Positions 1 to 10,969 of a stretch of DNA of 64,000 nucleotides are shown one piece after another. The DNA is taken from the IMG/VR virus record IMGVR_UViG_3300028048_003121, one strand, 5' to 3'. How positions within the stretch are numbered: the stretch's first letter is position 1; the number at the start of each line of letters is the position of its first letter. A program made the position numbers and the translations under genes. The notes under the pieces were generated by a model, which ran no database searches, was not told the origin of the DNA, and saw only the letters and a program-made list of their open reading frames with translations. The stretch comes from an uncultured virus (IMG/VR IMGVR_UViG_3300028048_003121). Taxonomy: Duplodnaviria > Heunggongvirae > Uroviricota > Caudoviricetes.

Positions 1-3000
1 AGGCTTCATCATTTCATCGGCACGCTCCGGCGTAGCGGCTGCCAAGGCAGCACGGTATTGAAGGTCGGTGAACGCATCGGCCTTACCAGTAGCAGAAACC
101 TTCTGAATATCCTCAGAAGCAGCTACTTCTTGCTCCTCTCCAGAGTTATAGTTCATCTGGTTCGTCACACGTGCATCTACGACGGCACAAAGGAAGTCGG
201 CATAGATACCCAAACGTACCAATGCCTCCTGACGGTCTTCCTGATTATAGAAACGCTTACCGGCGATACTATCGAGCGCGTTCAGGAAGTCGCGCTCCTC
301 AGCAAGAACCTGCGTCTGATCCATGTCATCAAGGCGGTTAATGGTCGCATTAACCTGCTCACTCAAATCCTCATAAGGCACAGCGGTCCACTTTTCAATC
401 AGATGACTGACGGCATCCAGAGAAAGGTTGGTATGCCAGTCGATACCATAGTCATTCAAAGTCTTACGGGCCTCAGTAGCCTGAGTTTTCTCCTTACTAT
501 AACGGTCGGAATGGTAATCCTCCTTATTAGCAAGAATATAGAGTTGCTGACGGATGCCGTCAGGCAGAGAGGGCGAGTAGACCTCACCATTCATCTCAGC
601 CAAACGCTTACGGGCAGCGAAGATAACCTCGTTGTCCTGATGAATCATATAACCGTCAGTGTTCTCGGCAGCCTTGGCTTCCAGCCATTGCTTATCGTCA
701 ACACGGGACTTCTGCAAGTCCATCATCTCCTTGATCCATTCCTCTGCCTTCTGACGCTGGGAGAAAGTACCCTCTACATCAGCCGCACTGACCAGATGGT
801 TACCACACCAGGTACCACAATGAACGTAAGCACGTTCACGCCAGCTACCGGTATCGGCAGCCTCGCGCATCTCGGAGAGACTGACAAGACCCAATACCTC
901 ACGGTTGAAGGCGACCTTATGGTCACGGCCTTCCTTGTAAATCCTATAGACAGGCTCCTCCTGCTTGGGAAGAGACTTTACAGTCTCATCAAGGCTGGCC
1001 TGTATCTTCTTGTCAAGCTCCTCCATATCATGCTTCAGGGAAGCAAGCTCCTCCTCCTTGGGCCATGCCTTGCCTGCAATACGCTCGTACTCGCTGATAT
1101 CCTCGGAAATCTTCCTGTTACGCTCCTCATACTGAGCGATATAGGAAGGAATCTTGTCTAATGCCTGCACACCGTAGCGCACAGCTCCAAGACGGTTATC
1201 CTTGCTCATGGCAAGGTGACCATTATTGAACTCATACTGATAATGACCCTGAATATAGAAACGGTTGCCTGCAAAGACATCCTTTTTCTGGGTGTTGTCA
1301 TACATATAGATGCTGTCAACAATGAATGGGAAACCATAGACTTCACCAATCTGTCTGTCCTTGTTGCCGACAGTACGACCGGCATCCTGAAGCTTACTGC
1401 CCATACCCTCAATGTTATACTTTCCGTCAGGGGTGAACTCCGGCTCATTCATCATCACAAGACCTGGCAGGGCGATACCGTCCTCACCACGCTTGATGAC
1501 TGACTGGAACTTCTCATAGTCCTCAGTCATATTCTTGATGATGACCGTATTCTTCTGAACCTTCTCACGGGCATTCTCCAAACGCCACTCGGTATCACGA
1601 CGGGCCTGCATATAGCTCTTACGCTCCGACTCCAGACCCATAATCTTCTTTTCCAGCTTCGCCTTCTGCAGCAAGTCATCATTACCGGAAAGAATAGCCA
1701 CCATCTCGGCGAAGTTCATACCGTTCTCTTCATCAAAGGCACCCTCATCGATGACACGGGTACCAAGGGAGTTGGTCTTCAACTGCGTGATGAAGAGCTG
1801 TTTGTTACGAAGCAGGTTGAACTTATAGACATCCAGACTGCGCTCAACGGCATAGATAAGGACATCGACATTGTTACCGCCGAACTCCTTGGCAACCCAG
1901 TTGCCGGTACGACGGGCACGTCCGTTACGCTGCTCCAAGTCAGACGGACGCCAAGGAATGTCGATATGGTGGACGGCAACGGCACGCTTCTGGGCATTGA
2001 CACCCGTACCAAGGGTGGAGGTGCTGCCGAAGAGAACGCGGATCTTACCGTCGTTCATATCCTCAATCATCTGCTTACGCTGCTTCTCATTCTTCGCCTC
2101 CTGGATGAAACGGATCTCTGCAGCAGGAATACCATAGTCATTGACGAGCTTGTCCTTGATCTCCTGGAAAACATTCCACTCGCCAGGCTTATAGGTGGAA
2201 AGGTCGCTGAAGATAAACTGCGTACCTTTCTGCTCGTCATACTTCTTATAATAGTCGGCAACCATGCGGGCGCAATGGCTGGCCTTATTGTCGGGGTCAT
2301 CACTGAAACGCTCCTTGGAAACAAGGCGCATATCCAACGAGGCCTTACGGCTGGCATCGGTGGCAATGAGCATCTTACCCTTTTCCTCACTATCAGAGAG
2401 AGGAGCACGGAAAATAAGCTCACCGTCGCCAGTCTTGGCGAACTCTATCAGACGCTGGTTGAAATCCTGCTGATCCTTGGTGGGCTTGATGCTATGCAGG
2501 ATGACGTTCATATTGGGACGGTCGAGACCGACATCCTCACCAGTGCGGAAGTCGGTGATTTCATTATAGAACGTAGCAAGCTCAGGAACCTTAACGAAAT
2601 AGCGGAAACGCTCCTTAACGGCTACCTGATTGGTGACGTTGAACTCATAATCCGACGTCTTCTTGGCATAGACGGCAGCCCAGGCATCAAAAGAATGGAT
2701 GCCCTGACGAGCCATAGCCTCCGGACGAAGATACTTGAAGAGCAAGTATAGCTCAGTAAGGCTGTTGCTGATGGTCGTACCACTTAGGAACGTCGCGCCA
2801 AGGTCTTTACCCGTGCGGTTCTGGATGGTACGGATGGCATACAGCAAATTCAAAGCCTTCTGACTGCCAGCAGGACTACCCAAACCAGAGACACGCTGAT
2901 GACGCGTGGTGAACATCAAATTCTTGAACTGGTGGCTTTCATCGACAAAAATATGGTCGATGCCCATCGTTCCGAAATCCACCACGTCATCGGTACGCTG

Positions 3001-6000
3001 ACTCATGGTAAGCTGGATATTCTTCAGCTTAACCTCCAGGTTCTCCTTGCGTTTCTCCAGACCGGAGAGCATACGCTTGGAGATGCTATGTCCCTGCTGA
3101 CGCAAGACGTCCAGAGCTTCCTCGACATCACGAAGCTCGTCATCGAGAATCTGTTCCTGAATCTCCAAGGACTGGGGAATCTTACCAAACTGGTCATGCG
3201 ACATAATGACGCAGGCATAGTCGTTATTCTTGATTCTATTGAAGAACTGCACTCTGTTGGCAGGACTGAAATCCTTCTCAGAGGCATATAATATCTTATC
3301 ATCGGGAAAAGCGGCCTGATAGGTGGCTGCAATCTCTGAGACATTGGCCTTCAAAGCAATAATCATCGGTTTATTGGCCATACCCAGACGGTGCATCTCA
3401 TGGGCAGCCATACACATGATAAGGGTCTTACCAGTGCCTACCTCATGGTCGCAGATGCCACCGCCATTCTGTAAGAGCATCCAGACGCAGTCCTTCTGAG
3501 ACTTGTAGATATCCTTGACATTGAACTTGGGAGCGGCCAGAGCCTTCAAGTCAATGCCGGGGAATGTCTGATGGGTTCCGTCATATTGGGCTTTGACGAA
3601 ACAGTTGAACTTCCGGTTATACATAGTCTGAAGCTCGTCACGTTGCTCCTTGGGGAGATTGGTGAGATAATCCGTAAAACCGTCGCGGATTTCCTGAATC
3701 TTGCTGTTGGCAAACTGAATCTTCTCCATGTCAGGGCCTTTGACATCGTTACCGTCATGGTCATAACCGACGCACTTCTGGATGTCAGGTGTAGTGTCAT
3801 GGAAGGCATGCTGGAGCAATGACATACCGTCAAAGTCCTTATATTCACCATGGACGCAGAACTCCTCACGGATCTTGGGATTCCAACGGTTCTCGGCAGA
3901 GACGGAATACTCATCGATATGCTCCGCATAACTGATAGACATCTTGGTGCCGAAAACCTTAGACATGTAAGCCTCGTAATGCTCGGTGGGAATCCAGCGC
4001 TCACCGAACTGCAGACCAATCTCATCAAAGGGAATCTGCTGGGGAACGGCAGCCTCCAAGGCAGCCTTGGTCTCTTTCAGGGCTGCAAGCTCTTCCTGTG
4101 ACCAGTGCTCAGGATCATCCTCCTGGGCATCAATGGAAGCAGAGACAAACTCCAGCTTCTCATAGATATTACCTGAGAGTGCCTTGGCGGCAATCTCATA
4201 CTGGCCGTCAGGCATGAAATAGAGCTGACCCTTCAGGACGGCAAGCAGCTCATCACGGCCTTCACCCGTGATATCCTCCATGAATCCGAGGTCAACACGA
4301 CCATAACGGTTCAGGGACACGAAAAGAGCCTCTTCCGGCGTGTCCACATGCTCGATGTCGTAGGCGACAAACGAGACGGGACGCTCAAAGATGTCGCTCT
4401 TGACGAACTTCCCGTCAACGACATTCTCCACACACAGCATGTCACGCGCCATCGTGTCATAGAGCAAGACACGCTGGTTCCTACGCTCGTTGAGCGCACC
4501 ATACTTCATGAAGAAACCGTCATAGGCCTCGTTGAGCTTCTGACGCAGGTCGGCATGCTCGACCTTTTCCTCAGCCTCTATATTATATAACTCATTATAG
4601 AGATCGCGAACGGCGATATACTGACGCATGAGCGGATAGTCACGCTGAGAAAGCTCACTATCCTTGAAGGGATTGAAGACGGGCGTACCTGACTTGACCT
4701 GGCTCAGAATACCGAGCTGGTCGCCATCGGCAACGACGACACCGTCACGCCAGTGGGCTTTCATCTCACCGGCAAAGGCACGAGGCTCCAGACTCTCTTC
4801 CTGGGCCTGCTCTTCATCCCACTGTGCGAAAAGGTCAAGCTGGATGGGACCTGAGCCGACATGCTGCTGGCTCTTAGGCTGCTGCTTGACAGGATCTATC
4901 TTTGGCTTTGCCTGCTGGACCTTATATATATTCTTATTATATAGGGCGACATCCAGACGCTTGGCGAAATCCATTTCAAGGGTGTCTTGAAGCTCTTTGG
5001 CAAGCTTCTCGACATCACCGTCGAAAGGATATTCATAGGCCGGCTCACCATACATATTCTTACCGACCTTGACATCATCGGAAAGGATGTGACCCAGCTC
5101 ACCATAGTCATGGTAATTCTCCTTATCTGGAGTGAAAGCCCAGTTACAGGTGATACCGTTATCACCTTTCTCAGATTCACGGAACATCCTATCCAGATGA
5201 GAATCCTTTCCAACATACTTGCTGTCGCGCTTCTGGATAATAATCAGGTCAGAACCTGCCTCGGTGCCAGCCTCGCTGCTGAACATTCCGTCAGGCAGAC
5301 GGACGGCACTGATGATGTGACCGACCTTGGAGAGACGGTCACGGACAAAGCCGTTACGAGGACTGTCAAGAACACCCCTGCTGGTAATGAAAGCAACCAG
5401 GCCACCGTCATGAACGGTGTCAAGGGCTTTCAGGAAGAAATAGTTATGCAGGGTGTTGGCAGCCCACTTCTTATACCCATCATTACTGTTGGTATAATCG
5501 GGGTCGAAGACCTTGACATCCCCGAAGGGTATATTACTGGTAGTCAGGTCAAAAGTCCCCAAGACCTCCTGCGGAATGGTCTCGAAGCCATTGACAATAA
5601 CCTGGTCTTCGGGATGCAGTGCCTTCAGGATCTTGCCGGTTAGCAAGTCCTTCTCGAAGGCAGTGACCGCCATACCCGGCTGGTCAACCTTGAAAGCCTC
5701 GACGAATTTTCCGTTGCCGGAAGAGGGATCCAGAAACCTATTAACGGCAATGCCGCTACCAGACAAAGCCTTGCTGATAGCCTGCACAACAGCATCAGGA
5801 GTATAGAAAGCAGTCGTGACACTACGCTTCAGACTGTCAAAATAAGCCTGATACTCCTTATCGTCCTTACTGAACTCCTGCAAGACCTCATGCAGACGGA
5901 TGGTGTCATTGAGGTAAGGACGATCGCTGGCCTTCCAGACGCTGTCATCCTGAAGGCTGACACCATAGACGGGGTTCAGAATGAACTTCAGACCGCCGAA

Positions 6001-6126
6001 GCCACTATACTTGCGAAGGGCTGACAGCTCCTCGGCAGTGGCCTTGCGGTTGTCACGTTCCAACTGGAGAGCGATACGGATCGCCTCGATATTATCACTG
6101 AGCTTTTGATGCTTGTTATATGCCAT
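1..6126 (-). CDS. Large N6-adenine DNA methylase / SNF2-type helicase fusion (DarB-like), >2040 aa, 3' end beyond window
   Basis: Absent from the ORF track because it has no stop in the window. ATG at 6126 gives [17 protein letters not shown]...[13 protein letters not shown]. Motifs read by eye: [10 protein letters not shown] (SAM binding), SNIPFGD (catalytic), DHEVGTGKT (Walker A), [10 protein letters not shown] (DExH). Frame still open at base 1. Confidence 0.9.
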   Translation of the reverse strand, partial: MAYNKHQKLSDNIEAIRIALQLERDNRKATAEELSALRKYSGFGGLKFILNPVYGVSLQDDSVWKASDRPYLNDTIRLHEVLQEFSKDDKEYQAYFDSLKRSVTTAFYTPDAVVQAISKALSGSGIAVNRFLDPSSGNGKFVEAFKVDQPGMAVTAFEKDLLTGKILKALHPEDQVIVNGFETIPQEVLGTFDLTTSNIPFGDVKVFDPDYTNSNDGYKKWAANTLHNYFFLKALDTVHDGGLVAFITSRGVLDSPRNGFVRDRLSKVGHIISAVRLPDGMFSSEAGTEAGSDLIIIQKRDSKYVGKDSHLDRMFRESEKGDNGITCNWAFTPDKENYHDYGELGHILSDDVKVGKNMYGEPAYEYPFDGDVEKLAKELQDTLEMDFAKRLDVALYNKNIYKVQQAKPKIDPVKQQPKSQQHVGSGPIQLDLFAQWDEEQAQEESLEPRAFAGEMKAHWRDGVVVADGDQLGILSQVKSGTPVFNPFKDSELSQRDYPLMRQYIAVRDLYNELYNIEAEEKVEHADLRQKLNEAYDGFFMKYGALNERRNQRVLLYDTMARDMLCVENVVDGKFVKSDIFERPVSFVAYDIEHVDTPEEALFVSLNRYGRVDLGFMEDITGEGRDELLAVLKGQLYFMPDGQYEIAAKALSGNIYEKLEFVSASIDAQEDDPEHWSQEELAALKETKAALEAAVPQQIPFDEIGLQFGERWIPTEHYEAYMSKVFGTKMSISYAEHIDEYSVSAENRWNPKIREEFCVHGEYKDFDGMSLLQHAFHDTTPDIQKCVGYDHDGNDVKGPDMEKIQFANSKIQEIRDGFTDYLTNLPKEQRDELQTMYNRKFNCFVKAQYDGTHQTFPGIDLKALAAPKFNVKDIYKSQKDCVWMLLQNGGGICDHEVGTGKTLIMCMAAHEMHRLGMANKPMIIALKANVSEIAATYQAAFPDDKILYASEKDFSPANRVQFFNRIKNNDYACVIMSHDQFGKIPQSLEIQEQILDDELRDVEEALDVLRQQGHSISKRMLSGLEKRKENLEVKLKNIQLTMSQRTDDVVDFGTMGIDHIFVDESHQFKNLMFTTRHQRVSGLGSPAGSQKALNLLYAIRTIQNRTGKDLGATFLSGTTISNSLTELYLLFKYLRPEAMARQGIHSFDAWAAVYAKKTSDYEFNVTNQVAVKERFRYFVKVPELATFYNEITDFRTGEDVGLDRPNMNVILHSIKPTKDQQDFNQRLIEFAKTGDGELIFRAPLSDSEEKGKMLIATDASRKASLDMRLVSKERFSDDPDNKASHCARMVADYYKKYDEQKGTQFIFSDLSTYKPGEWNVFQEIKDKLVNDYGIPAAEIRFIQEAKNEKQRKQMIEDMNDGKIRVLFGSTSTLGTGVNAQKRAVAVHHIDIPWRPSDLEQRNGRARRTGNWVAKEFGGNNVDVLIYAVERSLDVYKFNLLRNKQLFITQLKTNSLGTRVIDEGAFDEENGMNFAEMVAILSGNDDLLQKAKLEKKIMGLESERKSYMQARRDTEWRLENAREKVQKNTVIIKNMTEDYEKFQSVIKRGEDGIALPGLVMMNEPEFTPDGKYNIEGMGSKLQDAGRTVGNKDRQIGEVYGFPFIVDSIYMYDNTQKKDVFAGNRFYIQGHYQYEFNNGHLAMSKDNRLGAVRYGVQALDKIPSYIAQYEERNRKISEDISEYERIAGKAWPKEEELASLKHDMEELDKKIQASLDETVKSLPKQEEPVYRIYKEGRDHKVAFNREVLGLVSLSEMREAADTGSWRERAYVHCGTWCGNHLVSAADVEGTFSQRQKAEEWIKEMMDLQKSRVDDKQWLEAKAAENTDGYMIHQDNEVIFAARKRLAEMNGEVYSPSLPDGIRQQLYILANKEDYHSDRYSKEKTQATEARKTLNDYGIDWHTNLSLDAVSHLIEKWTAVPYEDLSEQVNATINRLDDMDQTQVLAEERDFLNALDSIAGKRFYNQEDRQEALVRLGIYADFLCAVVDARVTNQMNYNSGEEQEVAASEDIQKVSATGKADAFTDLQYRAALAAATPERADEMMKP

Positions 6127-6191
6127 AATCAACTGCTATGCGTTTCTTTTCCCGACAAAGGAAATAGAAATATGGCACACCACCTAAAATC

Positions 6192-6256
6192 GGCAAAGTT
6201 TCCTCTTGATTTAACACATTTACGATTTTGAAAGTCTTAAATACCGAAAATCAAGA
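6192..6256 (-). promoter_or_regulatory. Conserved upstream motif, copy 1 (shared with tra operon promoter at 27271-27335)
   Basis: 30-nt identical core TTCCTCTTGATTTAACACATTTACGATTTT at 6200-6229 and 27279-27308; both copies lie ~70-80 nt upstream of a minus-strand operon start. Confidence 0.75.
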
Positions 6257-6329
6257 TTTTCAAGGTCTTAAATCAAGACGATATAAGATTACTGGAGATG
6301 ACCATAAAAATAAAAAATATCGAAAAATA

Positions 6330-6361
6330 TTTGGAGATACCAAAAATTTTTTGTACCTTTG
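6330..6361 (+). promoter_or_regulatory. Bacteroidetes sigma-A type promoter (-33 TTTG / -7 TAnnTTTG)
   Basis: TTTG at 6330-6333, 20-nt spacer, TACCTTTG at 6354-6361. Confidence 0.7.
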
Positions 6362-6505
6362 CAGCATAACAAACGAGTAGACGGGTAAAAAGTCGCAATA
6401 GCGACATAATGGGAGGCTCCTACTCGCTGTTGGTGCTTGGGCATGAGCATGGTAACTGGCTCACCTTTAAGGATAAAGCCCAGCCAACTCCTGAAGAGCA
6501 GGACG

Positions 6506-6546
6506 GAAAGACCACAGAGATCCTTCGGGGTTTCTGTGGTCTTTTT
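6506..6546 (+). terminator. Strong hairpin plus U-tract, just upstream of guide scaffold A
   Basis: AAAGACCACAGAGATCC-TTCG-GGGTTTCTGTGGTCTTTTT. Confidence 0.7.
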
Positions 6547-6552
6547 GCATAC

Positions 6553-6636
6553 GGGCCGGCTGTACGGCCTTAACGTGAGGGCATTGCCCACTCACGAATC
6601 AAGCGTTCATTAACATCGAGGCAAGCTTGATACAGC
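6553..6636 (+). ncRNA. Guide scaffold A (tracr-like RNA fused to a repeat 3' fragment)
   Basis: GGCC-GGCTGTAC-GGCC hairpin; CGTGAG...CTCACG hairpin; anti-repeat ATCAAGCGTTCATT; ends in AAGCTTGATACAGC. Homologous to three other loci in the window. Confidence 0.8.
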
Positions 6637-6830
6637 CGTCCATCATGTCTGAATAGACAGACAACGGGTGTTAGACACCCGAAAATGAAAGCTTGATACA
6701 GCTCAACCGCATGGATGCCGCCATCCTGAACAGGTGTTAGACACCCGAAAATGAAAGCTTGATACAGCTAAAGATGAGGTCTTTGGCACGATATATGGGT
6801 GTTAGACATCCGAAAATGAAAAAAACAGTG
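6623..6830 (+). CRISPR. Mini CRISPR array A: repeat GGTGTTAGACACCCGAAAATGAAAGCTTGATACAGC, 3 spacers
   Basis: Partial repeat 6623-6636; full identical 36-nt repeats 6667-6702 and 6733-6768; degenerate repeat from 6798. Spacers 6637-6666 (30 nt), 6703-6732 (30 nt), 6769-6797 (29 nt). Confidence 0.92.
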
Positions 6831-6921
6831 AAGCGTCGCGGCTCACTAAAATATATAAAGAATAATAATACCATTCTGGTCTACGAGAATCCGCGACATC
6901 TCGCCCAGGGTGGTATTTTAA

Positions 6922-7215
6922 ATGGAAATGATTATGAGAAAGTTATTGATTAGTCTCGTGATGGCGCTGGCAACAATATGTGCACAGGGCCAGGAGAAAA
7001 CAACGGTGACAATAAATGACACCTGTAAAGTTGAAGGTCAGACGTCTTCAAAGACGGTGAAAGTCACCAAGAAACAGAAGATGAAAAAACTGTCAAAGAA
7101 AGAACAGAGACAGCAGCTGATGAAAAGAAACAAGACGGCAAGCTATGTCGAAGCATCAGCAGAAGATAAGCATAAAGACAGCATAGCTGGTGTGACAAAC
7201 CTTAAACTTTATTAG
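6922..7215 (+). CDS. Small secreted basic protein
   Basis: Signal-peptide-like N-terminus MRKLLISLVMALATICAQG; followed by a terminator hairpin. Confidence 0.65.
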   Translation: MEMIMRKLLISLVMALATICAQGQEKTTVTINDTCKVEGQTSSKTVKVTKKQKMKKLSKKEQRQQLMKRNKTASYVEASAEDKHKDSIAGVTNLKLY

Positions 7216-7221
7216 ATAGAC

Positions 7222-7252
7222 AAAAAGAGGATGCCTGCAAGCACCCTCTTTT
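7222..7252. terminator. Bidirectional intrinsic terminator
   Basis: AAAAAGAGGATGC-CTGCAA-GCACCCTCTTTT between convergent genes. Confidence 0.65.
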
Positions 7253-7318
7253 AAAATTTCTGCATTAAAATCTACCACCTGCTATATCGCTTATATGTAG
7301 GTAGCACGGAATCAAACC

Positions 7319-7756
7319 TTACCGCCTCATAAACTCAGCCTCGTCGAAGCTGTCAAAGCGATCGAAACAACCGTCAATACGGAGGTCGTCGGACTTCTTG
7401 ATGATGTCGATACCATACAATTTAGTCTGTTGAGTCAAAGCCTGTCTCATACAGTCATCATCAAGTTCTATCTCCTTATAGATGTTAATATAAGTATTAA
7501 ACAATTGACGCCGAGCACCATTGCGTATAACAGTCTTACCGTTATAGGTGACGCCATTCTCTCCGCGACCATTATTATTATATGTCATGTAGATAGATGC
7601 CACCGTTTCGTAAGTGTTGGTATCATAGATCCAGATCATCGCAGTATTACTAACAGGGTCGTAACGAGCCTCTGACGCGTAATGACACGCCAAAACATTC
7701 AATGGTGTTGCAAACAAGCCGAACATCATCATCATCATAAATACAATCTTCTTCAT
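7319..7756 (-). CDS. Secreted hypothetical protein
   Basis: Signal peptide MKKIVFMMMMMFGLFATPLNVLA; 145 aa. Confidence 0.7.
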   Translation of the reverse strand: MKKIVFMMMMMFGLFATPLNVLACHYASEARYDPVSNTAMIWIYDTNTYETVASIYMTYNNNGRGENGVTYNGKTVIRNGARRQLFNTYINIYKEIELDDDCMRQALTQQTKLYGIDIIKKSDDLRIDGCFDRFDSFDEAEFMRR

Positions 7757-7825
7757 AATACAATCTCTTTAATTAAACCTAACAAAAACTAACACATCCT
7801 ATTTCGCGAAAATAGTTTCATAAAA

Positions 7826-9817
7826 CTACTTGATGCCACGGGAGAGCTGTTGCTGCTCCTGCTGCTCGACACTACGGTCGAAGTTCTGACGAACCTGAGC
7901 CTGCTGTTCATCATACTTCCTCAGAACGGCATTACACAGCACGTTGAGCGGAAGTTTACCCTGATAGTAGGCATCGGCACTCTGCTCATCGATATAGATG
8001 ACACAGGGCTTGTGGTCGATGGTGGCAACGAGGGCATTACCCTTCATAGCAGGCTGCTCGATACGCTCTGACAACAGCTCGTCGGCATGCTGCACATAGC
8101 GCTTAGGTCTCTGCTGGGTACTGACACCGGCATTATCCAGAATCTCATGACCAGCCTTATTCAGGATATTGGCACCGCCAAGACCAATCAACAGCATCTT
8201 CAAGAGCGGATTCTTCACAAACAATCCTGCGAAGATGGCACCGAAAGGCAAGAGATTATCCTTCAGGTGCAGGTTCTTGGACTGACCCGTCAACATGCCA
8301 ATAAGCATGTCGGGAAGCATGGCAAGGACGTAACCGAGGTTCTTTCCGATATCACTCATACCACCCAAGCCGAACTGGTTCATCAGCCCCGTCCAGCCTT
8401 GCATACCTGCCTGCTGATAGACAGGCCCTTGCATCATCTGTGGATTCTGCTGGGACTGGTATTGCTGCTGCTGGACATACTGCTGTTGCAAAGCGGTCTG
8501 CTGCTGATACTGCTCAGAGGACGACTGCTGGGGAACAGAAACCGTCTCAAACTGAGGCGTCTCGACTTTCTTCGCCTGCTGCTTCTGGAGCTTGTCAGCG
8601 GCACGGGCATAGTCGTATGCCCTCTGTACGACCTCGTCAAAGGTGAACTTCTGACCGTTGACGGTCTGCGACTTCATCTTGCTACGCTGCATCGTCAAGG
8701 CGATAGACAGGAAATGACTGCTGAGGTCTATACACTCCTTCTGGCTCTTCTGCAACATCCACCCCGGCACGTCAGAGACGGCAGAGGGCTTCAAACCGTA
8801 GTTCTTAGAGACTGTCAAGACATTCTGCATATGTATGGCAGCATCACCGGCAGCGGACTTGGCAAGCTCATCATAACGGGCCTTCTGCCACGTAGGGCTA
8901 TACAGCGGACGGTACTCAGGGATGGTCATCGGCTTCTTGAGGTAGTCATTGACCGCATGAACGGTTTCTGACTGCGCCACCTTGACCTTCTTACCTTTCG
9001 ACCGCATAGAGGCAAAAGCTTCCTCATCACCATAGAGTTCCTTACCCAGCATCTGATCGAAGGTGGTGTCATTCTCCAAGAGGGAGAGACCACCACGGGC
9101 AAGGACGTCAACGCCAAGCCACTTTCCTAACTTCCCCCAAGAGCCGTAACCACCGGTCACGGCAGTATCAGCGGCAAAGGTAGTGGCAAAGGCGGCAGCC
9201 TTCTCGGCAGCACTGGCATCATACATCTTCTCTGCGAGAGTCCTGATATGACTGTCATGCTGACCCTCCGGAAGAGACAATCCAGAAAGGAAGGCAGGGA
9301 ATGACTCGCCGAAGCCTTTCTTCAGGATATACTCCAAGGAGGACTTGGGAACCTGTGCCTTGGCAAGCTGCTCCAACTCCAACTGCATGAAGCGGTTAGA
9401 GACAAACTCCCTGGCAAGATCCTTGGAAGGACACTTAGCGGACAGCTCAGCATAACGCTGCTCTCCCATCTCCTTGACGGCAGCAAGACGCCAGGCGTCA
9501 ATCATCACGGCGAAGTCATGCTGGACATTTTTGTTCCTACCCAACTTACCGTCAACCATCTTCAGAAGGTCATCGGAGGTCTTGCTGTTCCACTCGCCCA
9601 CAAGATGGGCCTCCTGGGCAACCATGGAGGCATGCGTCATACCGGACATGCCAGGGGCGACAGGACGGTTATCCAGCATACGGACATATTCCTCAGACTG
9701 CTTCTTTCTGAGGAAGTCCATCTGACCCTTGACCACAGGGGCGATATTCTCCCTGTAGTACCTGTCAAAGACGTATTCCAAGTCCTGGAACTGCTGCTTA
9801 TTTGTCGGTTCTGCCAT
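7826..9817 (-). CDS. ICE tra-region hypothetical membrane protein
   Basis: 663 aa; Q-rich linker, hydrophobic segments, C-terminal ..SRGIK tail; last long gene of the tra operon. Confidence 0.8.
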   Translation of the reverse strand: MAEPTNKQQFQDLEYVFDRYYRENIAPVVKGQMDFLRKKQSEEYVRMLDNRPVAPGMSGMTHASMVAQEAHLVGEWNSKTSDDLLKMVDGKLGRNKNVQHDFAVMIDAWRLAAVKEMGEQRYAELSAKCPSKDLAREFVSNRFMQLELEQLAKAQVPKSSLEYILKKGFGESFPAFLSGLSLPEGQHDSHIRTLAEKMYDASAAEKAAAFATTFAADTAVTGGYGSWGKLGKWLGVDVLARGGLSLLENDTTFDQMLGKELYGDEEAFASMRSKGKKVKVAQSETVHAVNDYLKKPMTIPEYRPLYSPTWQKARYDELAKSAAGDAAIHMQNVLTVSKNYGLKPSAVSDVPGWMLQKSQKECIDLSSHFLSIALTMQRSKMKSQTVNGQKFTFDEVVQRAYDYARAADKLQKQQAKKVETPQFETVSVPQQSSSEQYQQQTALQQQYVQQQQYQSQQNPQMMQGPVYQQAGMQGWTGLMNQFGLGGMSDIGKNLGYVLAMLPDMLIGMLTGQSKNLHLKDNLLPFGAIFAGLFVKNPLLKMLLIGLGGANILNKAGHEILDNAGVSTQQRPKRYVQHADELLSERIEQPAMKGNALVATIDHKPCVIYIDEQSADAYYQGKLPLNVLCNAVLRKYDEQQAQVRQNFDRSVEQQEQQQLSRGIK

Positions 9818-9834
9818 AACGGATCATATATTGA

Positions 9835-10119
9835 TTAAATACCTAACAACTGTCTGCGCGTCTGGTCGATTGCATTGTGATAGACACTCATCTGCTTGGG
9901 GAAGAAACGGGTGAGCCAGTCATCCTTGCTAATCTGGTTGTGGATAAAAGAGATAGCCATGCGGCGATTGATCTCGATAGCAGGCTCTCCCTTATCACGG
10001 CCATTGAACCAGGCCTTCGTCCACCAACGCTCTCCGGCATTGTCGGCAAAGACGGAGGCGACACGCTTCAAATCATAGCTCTGCACATCAATCTGCAGGG
10101 TGTCCAGCGGGTCTATCAA
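9835..10119 (-). CDS. Hypothetical protein, possibly a frameshift extension of the M23 peptidase
   Basis: 94 aa, TTG start overlapping the upstream stop; frame is open back to the A9 run. Confidence 0.7.
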   Translation of the reverse strand: MIDPLDTLQIDVQSYDLKRVASVFADNAGERWWTKAWFNGRDKGEPAIEINRRMAISFIHNQISKDDWLTRFFPKQMSVYHNAIDQTRRQLLGI

Positions 10120-10967
10120 CCCGTCTGAAACCGCGCCGAGAGTACTTTTTTTTTATCATCGTCCCATGTTGACACAAAGATGTTGTGCCGGGAGCCGAGG
10201 AAGTTCAGGAAGTCACCAATCAAGAGACTCTGAGCCTTACCGGCCATCAGGGAGCTACGAGCACTCAGACCCAACGGATTGGAGAGTGAAGGGATGCTCT
10301 CGAAGAAATAATTCTTCTCAGCAGCCTGCATGAAGATATTCCTCAGCTGGGCTTCTACAAGGTCGGAAGTGTGATAGCTGCCAGTACGCAGCTCATTCAT
10401 ATACTCTGGGAGCCAGCGGAGCATCAGCTGAAGGATCTCATTCTGGTCGGCATCATAATCGGTCTTGATAGGCACGTTCAAATCAACAAACTGAGCCTCA
10501 TTGTTGATTCCCAGGACAGAGAGCTGCATAATGTTGCTATAGACCATCTTCAAAAAGTCAGTAGGGTCAATGAGGTGACCATCAAACCTGACCTCGAAAT
10601 GCAGAATACCGCCACTCTTGGCAATCTGCTGACCAGCCTTGACATGAGTGCCGTAATTGCAGTACGCCTCACTGACATGGCCGTACTTCACGTCATACTT
10701 GCCATAGCGCGTAATGATGAAATTCTCATGAATGGCATCATTGCCGACACCAACCACAGTACCCGTGGCGATAGCAAAAAGAGGCAGATTACCGGTAGCG
10801 AGGTCAATACCGGTATGATTGAACTTCTCTCGCGTGGAAGGGTGAAGCTGCTCACCGAAACCAAGGAGAATTTCCACATCATGCTCCTCGTCACCAGGAA
10901 ACGGCATGAAGAAACCGCTGGCAGACTCCAGAAGCATGTCTTTCTTGTCAAAAGTCTTATTTTCCAT
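10116..10967 (-). CDS. M23 family peptidase (peptidoglycan hydrolase)
   Basis: HTGIDL (HxxxD), YGHVS and LHFEVR motifs. Confidence 0.85.
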   Translation of the reverse strand: MENKTFDKKDMLLESASGFFMPFPGDEEHDVEILLGFGEQLHPSTREKFNHTGIDLATGNLPLFAIATGTVVGVGNDAIHENFIITRYGKYDVKYGHVSEAYCNYGTHVKAGQQIAKSGGILHFEVRFDGHLIDPTDFLKMVYSNIMQLSVLGINNEAQFVDLNVPIKTDYDADQNEILQLMLRWLPEYMNELRTGSYHTSDLVEAQLRNIFMQAAEKNYFFESIPSLSNPLGLSARSSLMAGKAQSLLIGDFLNFLGSRHNIFVSTWDDDKKKVLSARFQTG

Positions 10968-10969
10968 AA

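Noticed and set aside
58..5822. Many plus-strand and off-frame ORFs in the track over 1-6 kb
   Set aside because: They are shadows of the single minus-strand methylase-helicase gene; the same applies to long antisense ORFs across the tra operon
6759..6953. Short ORFs overlapping arrays (also 48589-48795)
   Set aside because: They span CRISPR repeats and are spurious
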